A DNA stretch of 62,080 bases, filler included, from Coriobacteriales bacterium (GTDB lineage Bacteria; Actinomycetota; Coriobacteriia; Coriobacteriales; UBA8131), in assembly GCA_031263105.1 (NCBI GenBank). It is 10 parts of 10 records of this genome, joined end to end, with 100 filler letters (N's around TTAATTAATTAA, not from the genome) between each part and the next. Parts side by side here need not be neighbours in the genome. Positions count along the whole stretch, not along the records: positions 42,742 to 49,836 come from JAISGJ010000162.1; positions 49,937 to 57,564 come from JAISGJ010000246.1; positions 57,665 to 62,080 come from JAISGJ010000037.1; 7 more parts are not named here. One strand, 5' to 3'. Of the stretch, positions 48,867-57,791 are shown one piece after another. A program made the translations under genes and the position numbers. Position 1 is the first letter of the stretch. Every line of letters begins with the position of its first letter. The notes below the pieces were generated by a model. It saw nothing but the letters and a program-made list of their open reading frames with translations. It was not told the origin of the DNA and did no database searches.

Positions 48867-49094
48867 GCTACACGTCACACCCCCACTGTCATTCCGAGCT
48901 CCGCCGAGGAATCCTTGGACACGCAGTGTCCAACGGCAGGTCAGGGGGCCCTTCGGCCTGCGGTCGACCGCTGGCGCGGTCGAGGATCCCTCGGCAGGCT
49001 CGGGATGACAGTGGGGCTCAGACAATGCCAGTGGGGGTGTGACGTGTAACGACAGTGGGGCTCAGACAATGACAGTGGGGGTGTGACGTGTAAC
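48867..49094. mobile_element. MITE with a family A core, duplicated right end and 8-bp target duplication
   Basis: GCTACACGTCAC...GTGACGTGTAAC; AAGCGCAC at 48859-48866 and 49095-49102; 44-bp terminal unit repeated (49007-49050, 49051-49094). Confidence 0.9.
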
Positions 49095-49226
49095 AAGCGC
49101 ACCCGTCGAGACAAAGAGAATGCGGGGCGTGGCAGGGGCGGGTTTCGGGTAGAATAGCAGTGCAGAGTGAGACACCCGAATCGAAGAGGCTTTGCCTGAA
49201 CGGGCGGAAGAACGAGGTGAACAGCT

Positions 49227-49836
49227 GTGGAGGCTCAAGACGCCATCAAGGAGGCATTTCGGGGGCTTGTCGTCCAAGTCCCGTTTGCGAAGATCACCAT
49301 CTCGGGGATATGTGGAGCGGCCAACGTCTCGCGCAGGACCTTCTATCGCTACTTCGAGAGCAAGGACGACATCATTGCGGCCTTGATACAGGACGACTTC
49401 GTCCGCCCCGTCGAGACCATCGCGGGCCTGCTGCCGCTCGATGAGATAAAGTCGGCGACCCGCCTGATGATGGAGCGCCTGCATCGCACCTTCTTCGACA
49501 ATATGGAGTATTACGAGAGGCTCGTTTCCAGCATCGGCACGCAGGGCTTCATCGATGCCTTCGTGAAGGAGGAGGGCGAGCTCAACCGGCAGATGTACCT
49601 CGAGAAGGGGCTGTCTGAGATCGAGGCCCAGTTCGCCTCGGACATCCTCTGCGCCGCACAGGCGGCGTCGCTCGTCTGGTGGCTCGGCCATCGCGAGCTG
49701 GACTACCGGCAGATGGCCGACATGAACCTCAAATGGATTCACGTGCGCCTCGGCGAGAGCACGGGCACGAACACCTGGGGGGGGGGGGGGGGGGGCAATG
49801 AGGGTGCCGGGTTATTACGGGAACTTCCCGCCAGGG
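49227..49836 (+). CDS. TetR/AcrR family regulator (3' end unreliable: poly-G then gap)
   Basis: KITISGICGAANVSRRTFYRYFESKDDI. Confidence 0.88.
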
Positions 49837-50090
49837 NNNNNNNNNNNNNNNNNNNNNNNNNNNNNNNNNNNNNNNNNNNNTTAATTAATTAANNNNNNNN
49901 NNNNNNNNNNNNNNNNNNNNNNNNNNNNNNNNNNNNCCCCGCCTGGGGGTAATCCCCGCCCGCCGGTTTGGGGGGCCCAGTGGGCCCCGGCCCCCCCCCC
50001 GCCCCCCCTTTCCCCCCCCCCCCCCCCCCCCCCCCCTGCCGTCCGGCACACCTGCGTCAAGACCGAAACCTCGACAGGAACGGAAACGCC

Positions 50091-51428
50091 ATGACCGAGA
50101 ACGCCTTGGGGGAGACCGGCCCCGGCTATCGCTTCGACACCCTCAAAGTCAGGGGCTCTTACGACCCCGGTGCCCATCAGCAGGCATCCAGTGTGCCCAT
50201 CTACCAGACGGCCTCTTGGGAGATGGGGGACGCCGCCCGGGGCGAGCGGCTGTTCAGGCAAGAGGAGCTGGGCTTCCTCTACACACGGGTCGGGAACCCC
50301 ACGGTCGATGTGCTCGAGCGGCGCGTCGCACAGCTCGACGGGGCCGCAGGGGCCATAGCGCTGGCGAGCGGCATGGCCGCCGTCAGCTACAGCATCTTGA
50401 ACCTCGCCGACTCGGGGGGCCATATCGTCGCATCGCCCTACCTGTACGGCGGCAGCTTCGACCTGTTCAAGTCCATCCTGCCGCGCTACGGCATCATAAC
50501 CGAGTTCGCACGAAGCCTCGATGTAGCCGACGTCCAAGCCCTCATCAGGCCCAACACGAAGGCGCTCTTCGTCGAGAGCATCGCCAACCCCAGCGGCCAC
50601 GTCGCCGACATCGCAGGGCTCGCAGACCTCGCACACCGAAACGGCATCCCCCTCATCGTGGACAACACCTTCGCGACACCCTACCTCATACAGCCGCTCA
50701 GGCACGGGGCCGACATCGTGGTCTACAGCGCCACCAAGGGGCTGAGCGGCCATGGCAGCGTCATCGCGGGACTCATATGCGAAGGCGGCGCCTTCGACTG
50801 GGGCAACGGGAAGTTCCCTCCGTTCACGGACAAGGGCTACACGTTGCGCGACCGCAACGACGTCCACCGCAGCTTCTTGGAGGTGTTCCCGGAGACACCG
50901 TTCACCGCACGGGTGCGCCTTGCCCTCCTCAACTATCTGGGCGCGGCATTAGGGCCTTTCGACGCCTACCTTGCGCTGCTCGGCCTGGAGACGCTCTCCG
51001 AGCGCATCGAGAAGCAGCTCGCCAACGTAAAGGCCGTCATCGCCTACCTGCAGGGCAGCGAACACGTCTCATGGGTCGATTACGCGGGCCTGCCCGAGAG
51101 CCCCAACCACGCGCTCGCCTCACGCTACGCGCCCAAGGGCCCCGGCACCATATTCACCTTCGGCTTCAAGGGCAGCATCGCAGAGCAGGAGGCCTTCCTC
51201 GACGCCACCCGGCTGTTCAGCTACCAGGTCAACGTCGGGGACGCCAAGTCCCTCATCGTCAACAACGCCAAGACCACGCACAGCGAGCTCACGCCCGACG
51301 AGCAGGTCGATTCCGGCCTGCCTCCCGAGACCGTCCGCCTCTCGATCGGCCTGGAGGATCCACGGGATCTCATCGAGGACCTCGACCAGGCGTTTGCGGC
51401 GGCCTTCGGCACACGGTCTGAGGCGTAG
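50091..51428 (+). CDS. metY: O-acetylhomoserine aminocarboxypropyltransferase (MetY/Met17 family)
   Basis: PIYQT, YTRVGNPT, ASGMAA, VDNT, SATKGLSGHG and NVGDAKSL. Confidence 0.9.
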   Translation: MTENALGETGPGYRFDTLKVRGSYDPGAHQQASSVPIYQTASWEMGDAARGERLFRQEELGFLYTRVGNPTVDVLERRVAQLDGAAGAIALASGMAAVSYSILNLADSGGHIVASPYLYGGSFDLFKSILPRYGIITEFARSLDVADVQALIRPNTKALFVESIANPSGHVADIAGLADLAHRNGIPLIVDNTFATPYLIQPLRHGADIVVYSATKGLSGHGSVIAGLICEGGAFDWGNGKFPPFTDKGYTLRDRNDVHRSFLEVFPETPFTARVRLALLNYLGAALGPFDAYLALLGLETLSERIEKQLANVKAVIAYLQGSEHVSWVDYAGLPESPNHALASRYAPKGPGTIFTFGFKGSIAEQEAFLDATRLFSYQVNVGDAKSLIVNNAKTTHSELTPDEQVDSGLPPETVRLSIGLEDPRDLIEDLDQAFAAAFGTRSEA

Positions 51429-51437
51429 GGAGTGACG

Positions 51438-52457
51438 ATGGCACAGGAGGCAGCGACAGATCCCCTGTACTGGAAGGCGCAGCGGCGCGTCTGGTACCCC
51501 GTCGCCATCGGCGGCTTTCTCGTCGCGCTCGCGGTGAGCCTTTGGGTACCGGACAACATCGCCGGCCTGGAGCGCGGAGCGGACTTCTCCATCGACTACC
51601 CGCTCGATCCTGCCAACTACCGCATCTTCCTTGCAGCCGTGGTGGTGCTGCTCGCGCTGCTGTACCCGGTCTCGCACTTCCTTCCCACCCTGCGCAGGCG
51701 GCTGCTGCACAAGGCGCAGTTCGTCTTCGCGGGCGGGCTGGCATTGGGGGTGTGGGACCTGCTCACCTCCAAGCTCTTCGTGCTCAGGCCGCCGTACTTC
51801 CCCGGCCCCGTCACCATCCTCGACTACCTGCCCACCAACTGGCTCAACCTGTTGGGGCACATCGCGGCATCGAGCCGCCTCTTCGCCACAGGGCTCCTCA
51901 TCGGGATCGTCGCGGGGATAGGGACGGGCATCCTCATCGGCTGGTACCGCCAGTGGTTCTACTGGCTCTTCCCCGTCCTCAAGTTCACGGGCGTGGTGCC
52001 CGCCACCGCATGGATGCCCCTGGCGACGGTGCTCCTCAAGCCGCCTCCCGTCGCCATGGCCTTCCTTCTGGTCATCGCGTCGTGGTTCGTCATCAGCTTC
52101 ATGATGTGCCAGGGCATGGAGTCCACGCCGCGCGCCCTGTACGAGGTGAGCGAGACCCTCGGGGCGAAGCGCCGCTTCCTGCTCTTCCACGTGGCGATAC
52201 CCCATGCGATGCCGAGCATCTTCACGGGCATCAGCATGGCGACGAGCATGTCGTTTCTGACCCTCGTCGCCGCCGAGATGATGGGGGCGACCGCAGGGCT
52301 GGGCTACTTCATCAACTACTCCAAGACCTTCAGCAAGTTCTACCAGGTCTATACGGCCATCATCTTCATGTTCGTCGTGTTCAGCCTGATACTTGCGCTC
52401 ATCGACCTCGCGAAGAGGCGCGCGCTGCGCTGGCAGAAGGGCCTGGTGCAGCAATGA
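51438..52457 (+). CDS. NitT/TauT/SsuC-type ABC permease
   Basis: Multi-TM; EAA-like YEVSETLGA..VAIPHAMP; LVAAEM..GLGY. Confidence 0.9.
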   Translation: MAQEAATDPLYWKAQRRVWYPVAIGGFLVALAVSLWVPDNIAGLERGADFSIDYPLDPANYRIFLAAVVVLLALLYPVSHFLPTLRRRLLHKAQFVFAGGLALGVWDLLTSKLFVLRPPYFPGPVTILDYLPTNWLNLLGHIAASSRLFATGLLIGIVAGIGTGILIGWYRQWFYWLFPVLKFTGVVPATAWMPLATVLLKPPPVAMAFLLVIASWFVISFMMCQGMESTPRALYEVSETLGAKRRFLLFHVAIPHAMPSIFTGISMATSMSFLTLVAAEMMGATAGLGYFINYSKTFSKFYQVYTAIIFMFVVFSLILALIDLAKRRALRWQKGLVQQ

Positions 52458-53239
52458 CGCGGCCCACCCTTATCGACATCCGGCACGTAACCCGCGTCTA
52501 CCGCGCAGACGACGGCTCTGAGACCCATGCCTTGGACGACGTCTCCCTGGAGGTGCGCGAAGGCGAGTTCGTCAGCCTCATCGGGCCGTCGGGCTGTGGG
52601 AAGACCACCCTGCTCAGGCTCGTCGCAGGCCTCGACTCGCCGCAGGCAGGGAGCCTCACCGTGGAGGGCAGGCCCATCGAGGCCCCCGGGCCTGATCGCG
52701 GCTACGTGTTCCAGCAAGGTGCCCTCTATCCGTGGGCGACGGTCGCCGAGAACATCGCCACGGGCCTCAAGGCACGGGGGGTCTACCGCACAGAGCGGCA
52801 CCGCGTGCCCCAGTTCATCGAACTGGTGGGGCTCTCCGGCTTCGACAACGCCTATCCGCACCAGGTCTCGGGCGGCATGGCGCAGCGCGTCGCCATCGCA
52901 CGGGCGCTCATCAACGGGCCCCGGGCCCTGCTGCTCGACGAGCCCATGGGCGCACTCGACTCCTTTACGCGGATAGAGCTGCAGGACAAGCTGCTCGACC
53001 TCTGGAAGGATCTCGGCTCGACCATGCTGCTGGTCACCCACGACGTGGACGAGGCCATCTGCCTGAGCGACCGCATCGTCGTCATGACGCCGCGCCCCGG
53101 GAGGATAAGCGAGGTCATCGAAGTGGCGCTGGGACGCCCCCGTCTGCGCAACGACCCCGACTTTCTCGCCCTGCGCTCCTCGATACTCGAGAAGCTGCAC
53201 CTCGCGGGCTCAAGGCCCGAGCCGGAGTTCAACATCTGA
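52454..53239 (+). CDS. NitT/TauT/SsuB-type ABC ATP-binding protein
   Basis: GPSGCGKT, VSGGMAQR, LLLDEPMGALD and VTHDVDEA. Confidence 0.94.
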   Translation: MTRPTLIDIRHVTRVYRADDGSETHALDDVSLEVREGEFVSLIGPSGCGKTTLLRLVAGLDSPQAGSLTVEGRPIEAPGPDRGYVFQQGALYPWATVAENIATGLKARGVYRTERHRVPQFIELVGLSGFDNAYPHQVSGGMAQRVAIARALINGPRALLLDEPMGALDSFTRIELQDKLLDLWKDLGSTMLLVTHDVDEAICLSDRIVVMTPRPGRISEVIEVALGRPRLRNDPDFLALRSSILEKLHLAGSRPEPEFNI

Positions 53240-53284
53240 CCGACATTCAAGATTTTTGCAAACCGTTACAGAAAGGGAACCATC

Positions 53285-54460
53285 ATGACCGTCCAAAAAA
53301 CCGTTTCATCAAAGGGCACCGGGCAGAAACGCCTGGCGCTGGCCCTTGCGGCGCTCCTGGCGCTGACGCTCTCGCTCCTCCTCGTCGCCTGCTCCCCGCC
53401 GCCTGCGGCAGAAGACGACGGCCCGGCCACCCCCGGCGCGGATGCAGGCAGCGGCACCGATGCCGCCGACGACGATGCCGCAGGCGCGGGCCCAGGCGCG
53501 GACGCATCTGCGGGCGAAGAGGAGTTCCCGCTCGGCGCGACCCAGATACAGGCGCTCGGCGGCGGGCTCTGCGGCTCCCCCAGCTATATCGCGAAGGAGC
53601 TGGGCTTCTGGGAGGAGGAGGGGATCGACGTCGAGCTCGTCAGCGGGACCTTCCAGCAGCAGAAGGACGGACTCGCCTCGGGGCAGTTCCTCGTGACCAA
53701 CGGGGACTTCCAGTTCTTCCCGGCCGTCAACGAGGGCCTTGACATCAAGGTCATCGGCGGCCTGCACGAGGGCTGCATCAAGCTGCTCGTGCCGGGCGAC
53801 TCCCCCATCCAGAGCGTGGCCGACCTCAAGGGCAAGACCATCGGAGTCGACGAGGTCGGCGGCACCCCCTGGGCCGTCACGTCGGTCGCGCTGGCGGAGG
53901 CCGACATCGACCCCGGCGCGGAGGCCGGAGAGGTCACGTGGGCGCCCTATGACCTGACCGTGCTCGAAGAGGTCGCCGCCCGTGGCGAGGTCGATGCCAT
54001 CGCCGCCTGGGACCCCTTCGGCACCCAGGCTGAGAAGGACGGCTTCCGCGTGCTTGTGGACATAGGGAGCGGGAACCTCTTCGGCGGCAGGTACTGCTGC
54101 TTCCTCTACGCCTCCAACCAAGGCATCCAGGAGAGCCCTGAGAAGATCGAGGCCCTGCTGCGCGGCTGGTACCGCGCGGTCGAGTGGATAGCGGAGAACC
54201 CCGAGGAGGCCGCCGACATCGTCACCGACGCCAGCGCGCACGAGGCCTATGTGGCCTCGGACGACAAGGCCCTCCTCGTCGAACTGCTGGGGAGCTACAA
54301 GTACCACGGCTCCCACGACACGGCGAACAGCGTCACAGCCCCCTACGAGGACGTCCTCTACTTCGCCGACAAGCTGAAGAACACCGGCTACCTGCCCGCC
54401 GACCTCGATGCGCAGCAGTTCGTCGACAAGCTCTGGGCCGAGGTCGACTGGCAGAAGTGA
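53285..54460 (+). CDS. NMT1/SsuA-like ABC substrate-binding lipoprotein
   Basis: Lipobox LVAC; EEEGIDVELV, DLKGKTIGV and GEVDAIAAWDP. Confidence 0.9.
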   Translation: MTVQKTVSSKGTGQKRLALALAALLALTLSLLLVACSPPPAAEDDGPATPGADAGSGTDAADDDAAGAGPGADASAGEEEFPLGATQIQALGGGLCGSPSYIAKELGFWEEEGIDVELVSGTFQQQKDGLASGQFLVTNGDFQFFPAVNEGLDIKVIGGLHEGCIKLLVPGDSPIQSVADLKGKTIGVDEVGGTPWAVTSVALAEADIDPGAEAGEVTWAPYDLTVLEEVAARGEVDAIAAWDPFGTQAEKDGFRVLVDIGSGNLFGGRYCCFLYASNQGIQESPEKIEALLRGWYRAVEWIAENPEEAADIVTDASAHEAYVASDDKALLVELLGSYKYHGSHDTANSVTAPYEDVLYFADKLKNTGYLPADLDAQQFVDKLWAEVDWQK

Positions 54461-54596
54461 CGCGCCGTCCCTGTGCAGGGAAGGACGGCCCGCCGGTCGT
54501 CCTCCCCTGCCCTCCCCGCCCCTCGCCGGATCCTGCGCAGAGCGGAAACGTACCTGTCCGATGCCTCCCGGAGGAGGCCATAGAAAGGTGGTGGCG

Positions 54597-55535
54597 ATGA
54601 CCGTCAGCATACCCCGCCCGGTACAGGGGATAACCGAACTCATCGGCAACACCCCCTTGCTGCGCCTCGACAACCTGGGCCTTCCCTCCCGGACCGCCCT
54701 GTACGCGAAGCTCGAGTACTGGAACCCCGGAGGGAGCGTCAAGGACCGCGCCGCCCTGCTCATGATAGAGGGAGCGGAGCGCACGGGGGCACTGCTCGAA
54801 GGCGACACCATCGTGGAGGGGACGGCGGGCAACATGGGACTCGGCATCGCCACCGCCGCCCTCAACAGGGGCTACCGCGTCGTGTGCGTCGTGCCCACGA
54901 AGTTCAGCGTGGAGAAGCAGGCCCTCATGCGGGCGCTCGGGGCCGAGGTGGTAAACACCCCGCGCGAGGACGGCATGCTCGGGGCCCTGAAGAGGGCGGA
55001 GGAGCTGCGACGCGAGCTGCCCCGGGCGGTCTCGCTCAAGCAGTTCGAGAACATCTACAACCCCGAGGCGCACTATCGGGGCACCGCGCCGGAGCTGTAC
55101 GAGGCACTCGACGGGCATGTCGACTGCTTCGTCGCCGGAGCGGGCAGCGGGGGCACCTTCACGGGGATCGCCCGCTACCTCAAGGAGCGCGACCTCTCGA
55201 CCCGCTGCGTGCTCGCCGACCCTGTCGGCTCGACCATCGGGGGAGGTGCGCACGGGGACTACGACATCGAGGGGATAGGCAACGACTTCGTCCCCCACAC
55301 CATGGACATGTCGCTGGTGGATCAGGTGGTGAAGGTGACCGACTCCGACGCCCTCTCGATGGTGCGCACGCTCGCCCAACGGGAGGGCGTCGTCGTGGGC
55401 ACCTCCTCAGGCGCCGCCGTCTGGGCGGCCCTCGAGCTCGCGCGGGGCCTGCCTGCAAGGCAGGGCACCACGAACATCGTCACCGTGCTGCCCGACCGAG
55501 GCGACCGCTACTTCTCCAAAGGGCTCTATGAATGA
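54597..55535 (+). CDS. PLP-dependent cysteine synthase family protein (CysK/MccA-like)
   Basis: IGNTPL, KLEYWNPGGSVKDR, TAGN, GSGGT, IEGIG and PDRGDRYFS. Confidence 0.92.
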   Translation: MTVSIPRPVQGITELIGNTPLLRLDNLGLPSRTALYAKLEYWNPGGSVKDRAALLMIEGAERTGALLEGDTIVEGTAGNMGLGIATAALNRGYRVVCVVPTKFSVEKQALMRALGAEVVNTPREDGMLGALKRAEELRRELPRAVSLKQFENIYNPEAHYRGTAPELYEALDGHVDCFVAGAGSGGTFTGIARYLKERDLSTRCVLADPVGSTIGGGAHGDYDIEGIGNDFVPHTMDMSLVDQVVKVTDSDALSMVRTLAQREGVVVGTSSGAAVWAALELARGLPARQGTTNIVTVLPDRGDRYFSKGLYE

Positions 55536-57292
55536 GCGTGGGGACGGGCTTCCTTGAGCATCGTCGCTATCCTGACGACGATGCCATCCAGGGGCAGCAG
55601 CTGCTTCTCACCGCTGCGACGATCCTTGAGCTCCACCTCTCCCGCCTCAAGGCCGCGCCTGCCGACGACGACCTGGTACGGCCAGCCGACAAGGTCGGCG
55701 TCGTTGAACTTCACGCCGGCGCGCTCGGTGCGGTCGTCTATTGCGACCTCGACGCCCTCGGCGGCAAGCCCCGCAGCAATCCGCTCGGCGGCCGGCCCGA
55801 CCTCGTCGTCGCCGACCACGAGCGGCAGCACCGCGACCTCGGCAGGCGCGACGGCAAGCGGCCACACGATGCCGCCCTCGTCGTTGTGCTGCTCGACCAC
55901 GGCGGCGAGCGAGCGCGTGACGCCCCAGCCGTAGCACCCCATGACGAAGGGCTGCTCCCTGCCCTCCTCGTCCATGTACCGCGCGTTCATGGACTCCGAG
56001 TACTTCGTGCCGAGCTGGAAGACCTGCCCCACCTCTATGCCGCGCGCGAAACGGAGGAGATTGCCGCAGACGGGGCAGCGGTCGCCCTCCTGGGCACGCG
56101 CCAGCGGCGCCCAGGCGTCGACGGTGAAGTCGGTGCCCGGCGCGGCGCCGAGATAGTGGTACGCGGCCTCGTTGGCGCCGACGACCCAGCGTGCGACGTC
56201 CCTCAGCGAGTCGTCGGCGACGACGCGCACGCCCTCGGGCAGGCCGACGGGGCCCACATAGCCCTTCACGAGACCTGCTTCGAGCATCTCCTCGTCGGTG
56301 AGGAAGTCGAGGCCGGGGATGGCGTGGTCGGCCTTGACCTCCCCCAGCTCGTGGTCGCCCGGGACGAACAGGACGCTGACGGCGCCCTCGGGGGCCTTCA
56401 CGGCGAGCGCCTTGACAGTTGCCGCCTCCGGCACCTTGAGGAAGGCCGCCAGCGCGGCGATGGTGCCCTCGATGGGCGTATGCAGCTTCTCCAGCGCGTC
56501 GGCCTCATGCGCAAGGGGGCGGATACGGGCCTCGGCCACCTCGGTGTTCGCCGCGAAGCCGCAGTCGCAGTACGCTATCTCGGCCTCCCCCGCCTCGGCG
56601 AGGGCCATGAACTCGCAGGTCACCTTGCCGCCTATCTGCCCGGAATCCGCCTCGACGGGACGATAGGCGAGCCCCAGGCGCTCGCAGATGCGCCCGTATG
56701 CCCGCGACATATCGTCATAGGTCGCCTGCAGGTCGTCCTTTGTGGCATGGAAGCTGTAGGCGTCCTTCATGATGAACTCGCGCGCGCGCAACAGGCCGAA
56801 GCGCGGCCGTATCTCGTCACGGTACTTGTTGGTGACGTGGAACAGCGACTGGGGCAGCTCCCGGTAGCTGCGCAGCTCGTTGCGCACCAGGAAGGTGACG
56901 AGCTCCTCGTGCGTCGGCGCGAGGGCGAAGCTGTGCCCGTGGCGGTCGTCGAGGCGGAAGAGCTCGGGGCCGTAGTCGCTCCAACGGCCGCTCTCATGCC
57001 AGAGCTCGGCGGGCTGGATGATGGGCATGCGCAGCTCCTGGCAGCCTATCGCCTCCATCTCCTCGCGGACGATGCGCTCGACCTTCTGGAGCACCCGATA
57101 GCCCAGCGGCAGAAAGGAGTAGACGCCCGAGGCGACCTTGCGTATCATGGCCGCGCGCACCAGCAGGCGGTGGGACGCCACCTCGGCATCGACCGGGTCC
57201 TCCTTGAGCGTAGGGGCGAAGACGCGGCTCATGCGGATGGGCTGAGGGGTCGATAGGGCGACTGGCACAGCGGTCGGCTCGAGGGTCGGCAC
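55526..57292 (-). CDS. proS: Proline--tRNA ligase
   Basis: PTHEE, RDEIRPRFGLLRAREFIMKD, GIEVGQVFQLGTKYS and MGCYG; INS editing domain. Confidence 0.97.
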   Translation of the reverse strand: MPTLEPTAVPVALSTPQPIRMSRVFAPTLKEDPVDAEVASHRLLVRAAMIRKVASGVYSFLPLGYRVLQKVERIVREEMEAIGCQELRMPIIQPAELWHESGRWSDYGPELFRLDDRHGHSFALAPTHEELVTFLVRNELRSYRELPQSLFHVTNKYRDEIRPRFGLLRAREFIMKDAYSFHATKDDLQATYDDMSRAYGRICERLGLAYRPVEADSGQIGGKVTCEFMALAEAGEAEIAYCDCGFAANTEVAEARIRPLAHEADALEKLHTPIEGTIAALAAFLKVPEAATVKALAVKAPEGAVSVLFVPGDHELGEVKADHAIPGLDFLTDEEMLEAGLVKGYVGPVGLPEGVRVVADDSLRDVARWVVGANEAAYHYLGAAPGTDFTVDAWAPLARAQEGDRCPVCGNLLRFARGIEVGQVFQLGTKYSESMNARYMDEEGREQPFVMGCYGWGVTRSLAAVVEQHNDEGGIVWPLAVAPAEVAVLPLVVGDDEVGPAAERIAAGLAAEGVEVAIDDRTERAGVKFNDADLVGWPYQVVVGRRGLEAGEVELKDRRSGEKQLLPLDGIVVRIATMLKEARPHAHS

Positions 57293-57432
57293 GGGGCTTC
57301 CTTCCGTTCGTTCGTCACAGGAGGCAATGAACGCTCATCGCTTCCCAAAGGCCTTCCATTGTAGCGCATCGGAGCCTCGCGATGGCCGGAGCAATCGGAC
57401 GGCAGTCCGCCGCAGTCCGCCGTGCTCCTATA

Positions 57433-57564
57433 GGTACTGTTCACCCCACTGTCATCCCGAGCCTGCCGAGGGATCTTCGACCGCGCAAGCGGTCGACCGC
57501 CGGCCGAAGCACCGTCTGGCTGCAGTCGACCGCGTGCGCGGTCGAAGATCCCTCGGCAGGCGCG
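57433..57564. repeat. Family A element with a MITE-like end, cut by gap
   Basis: GGTACTGTTCACCCCACTGTCATCCCGAGC... Confidence 0.85.
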
Positions 57565-57791
57565 NNNNNNNNNNNNNNNNNNNNNNNNNNNNNNNNNNNN
57601 NNNNNNNNTTAATTAATTAANNNNNNNNNNNNNNNNNNNNNNNNNNNNNNNNNNNNNNNNNNNNGGGTCTGGGGGGCGGGGTCTGGGGGGCGGGGGGCGG
57701 GGGCGGGGTCTGGGGGGCGGGGTCGAAACTCCGCAGAGTCGGAACTCCCCTGTTCAGTGACAGGGAGGGGGGCTTGCCGTATCATTGGAGC

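Noticed and set aside
55526..55535. 10-bp convergent overlap of the cysteine synthase family gene and proS
   Set aside because: Short 3' overlaps are common; nothing suggests regulation.
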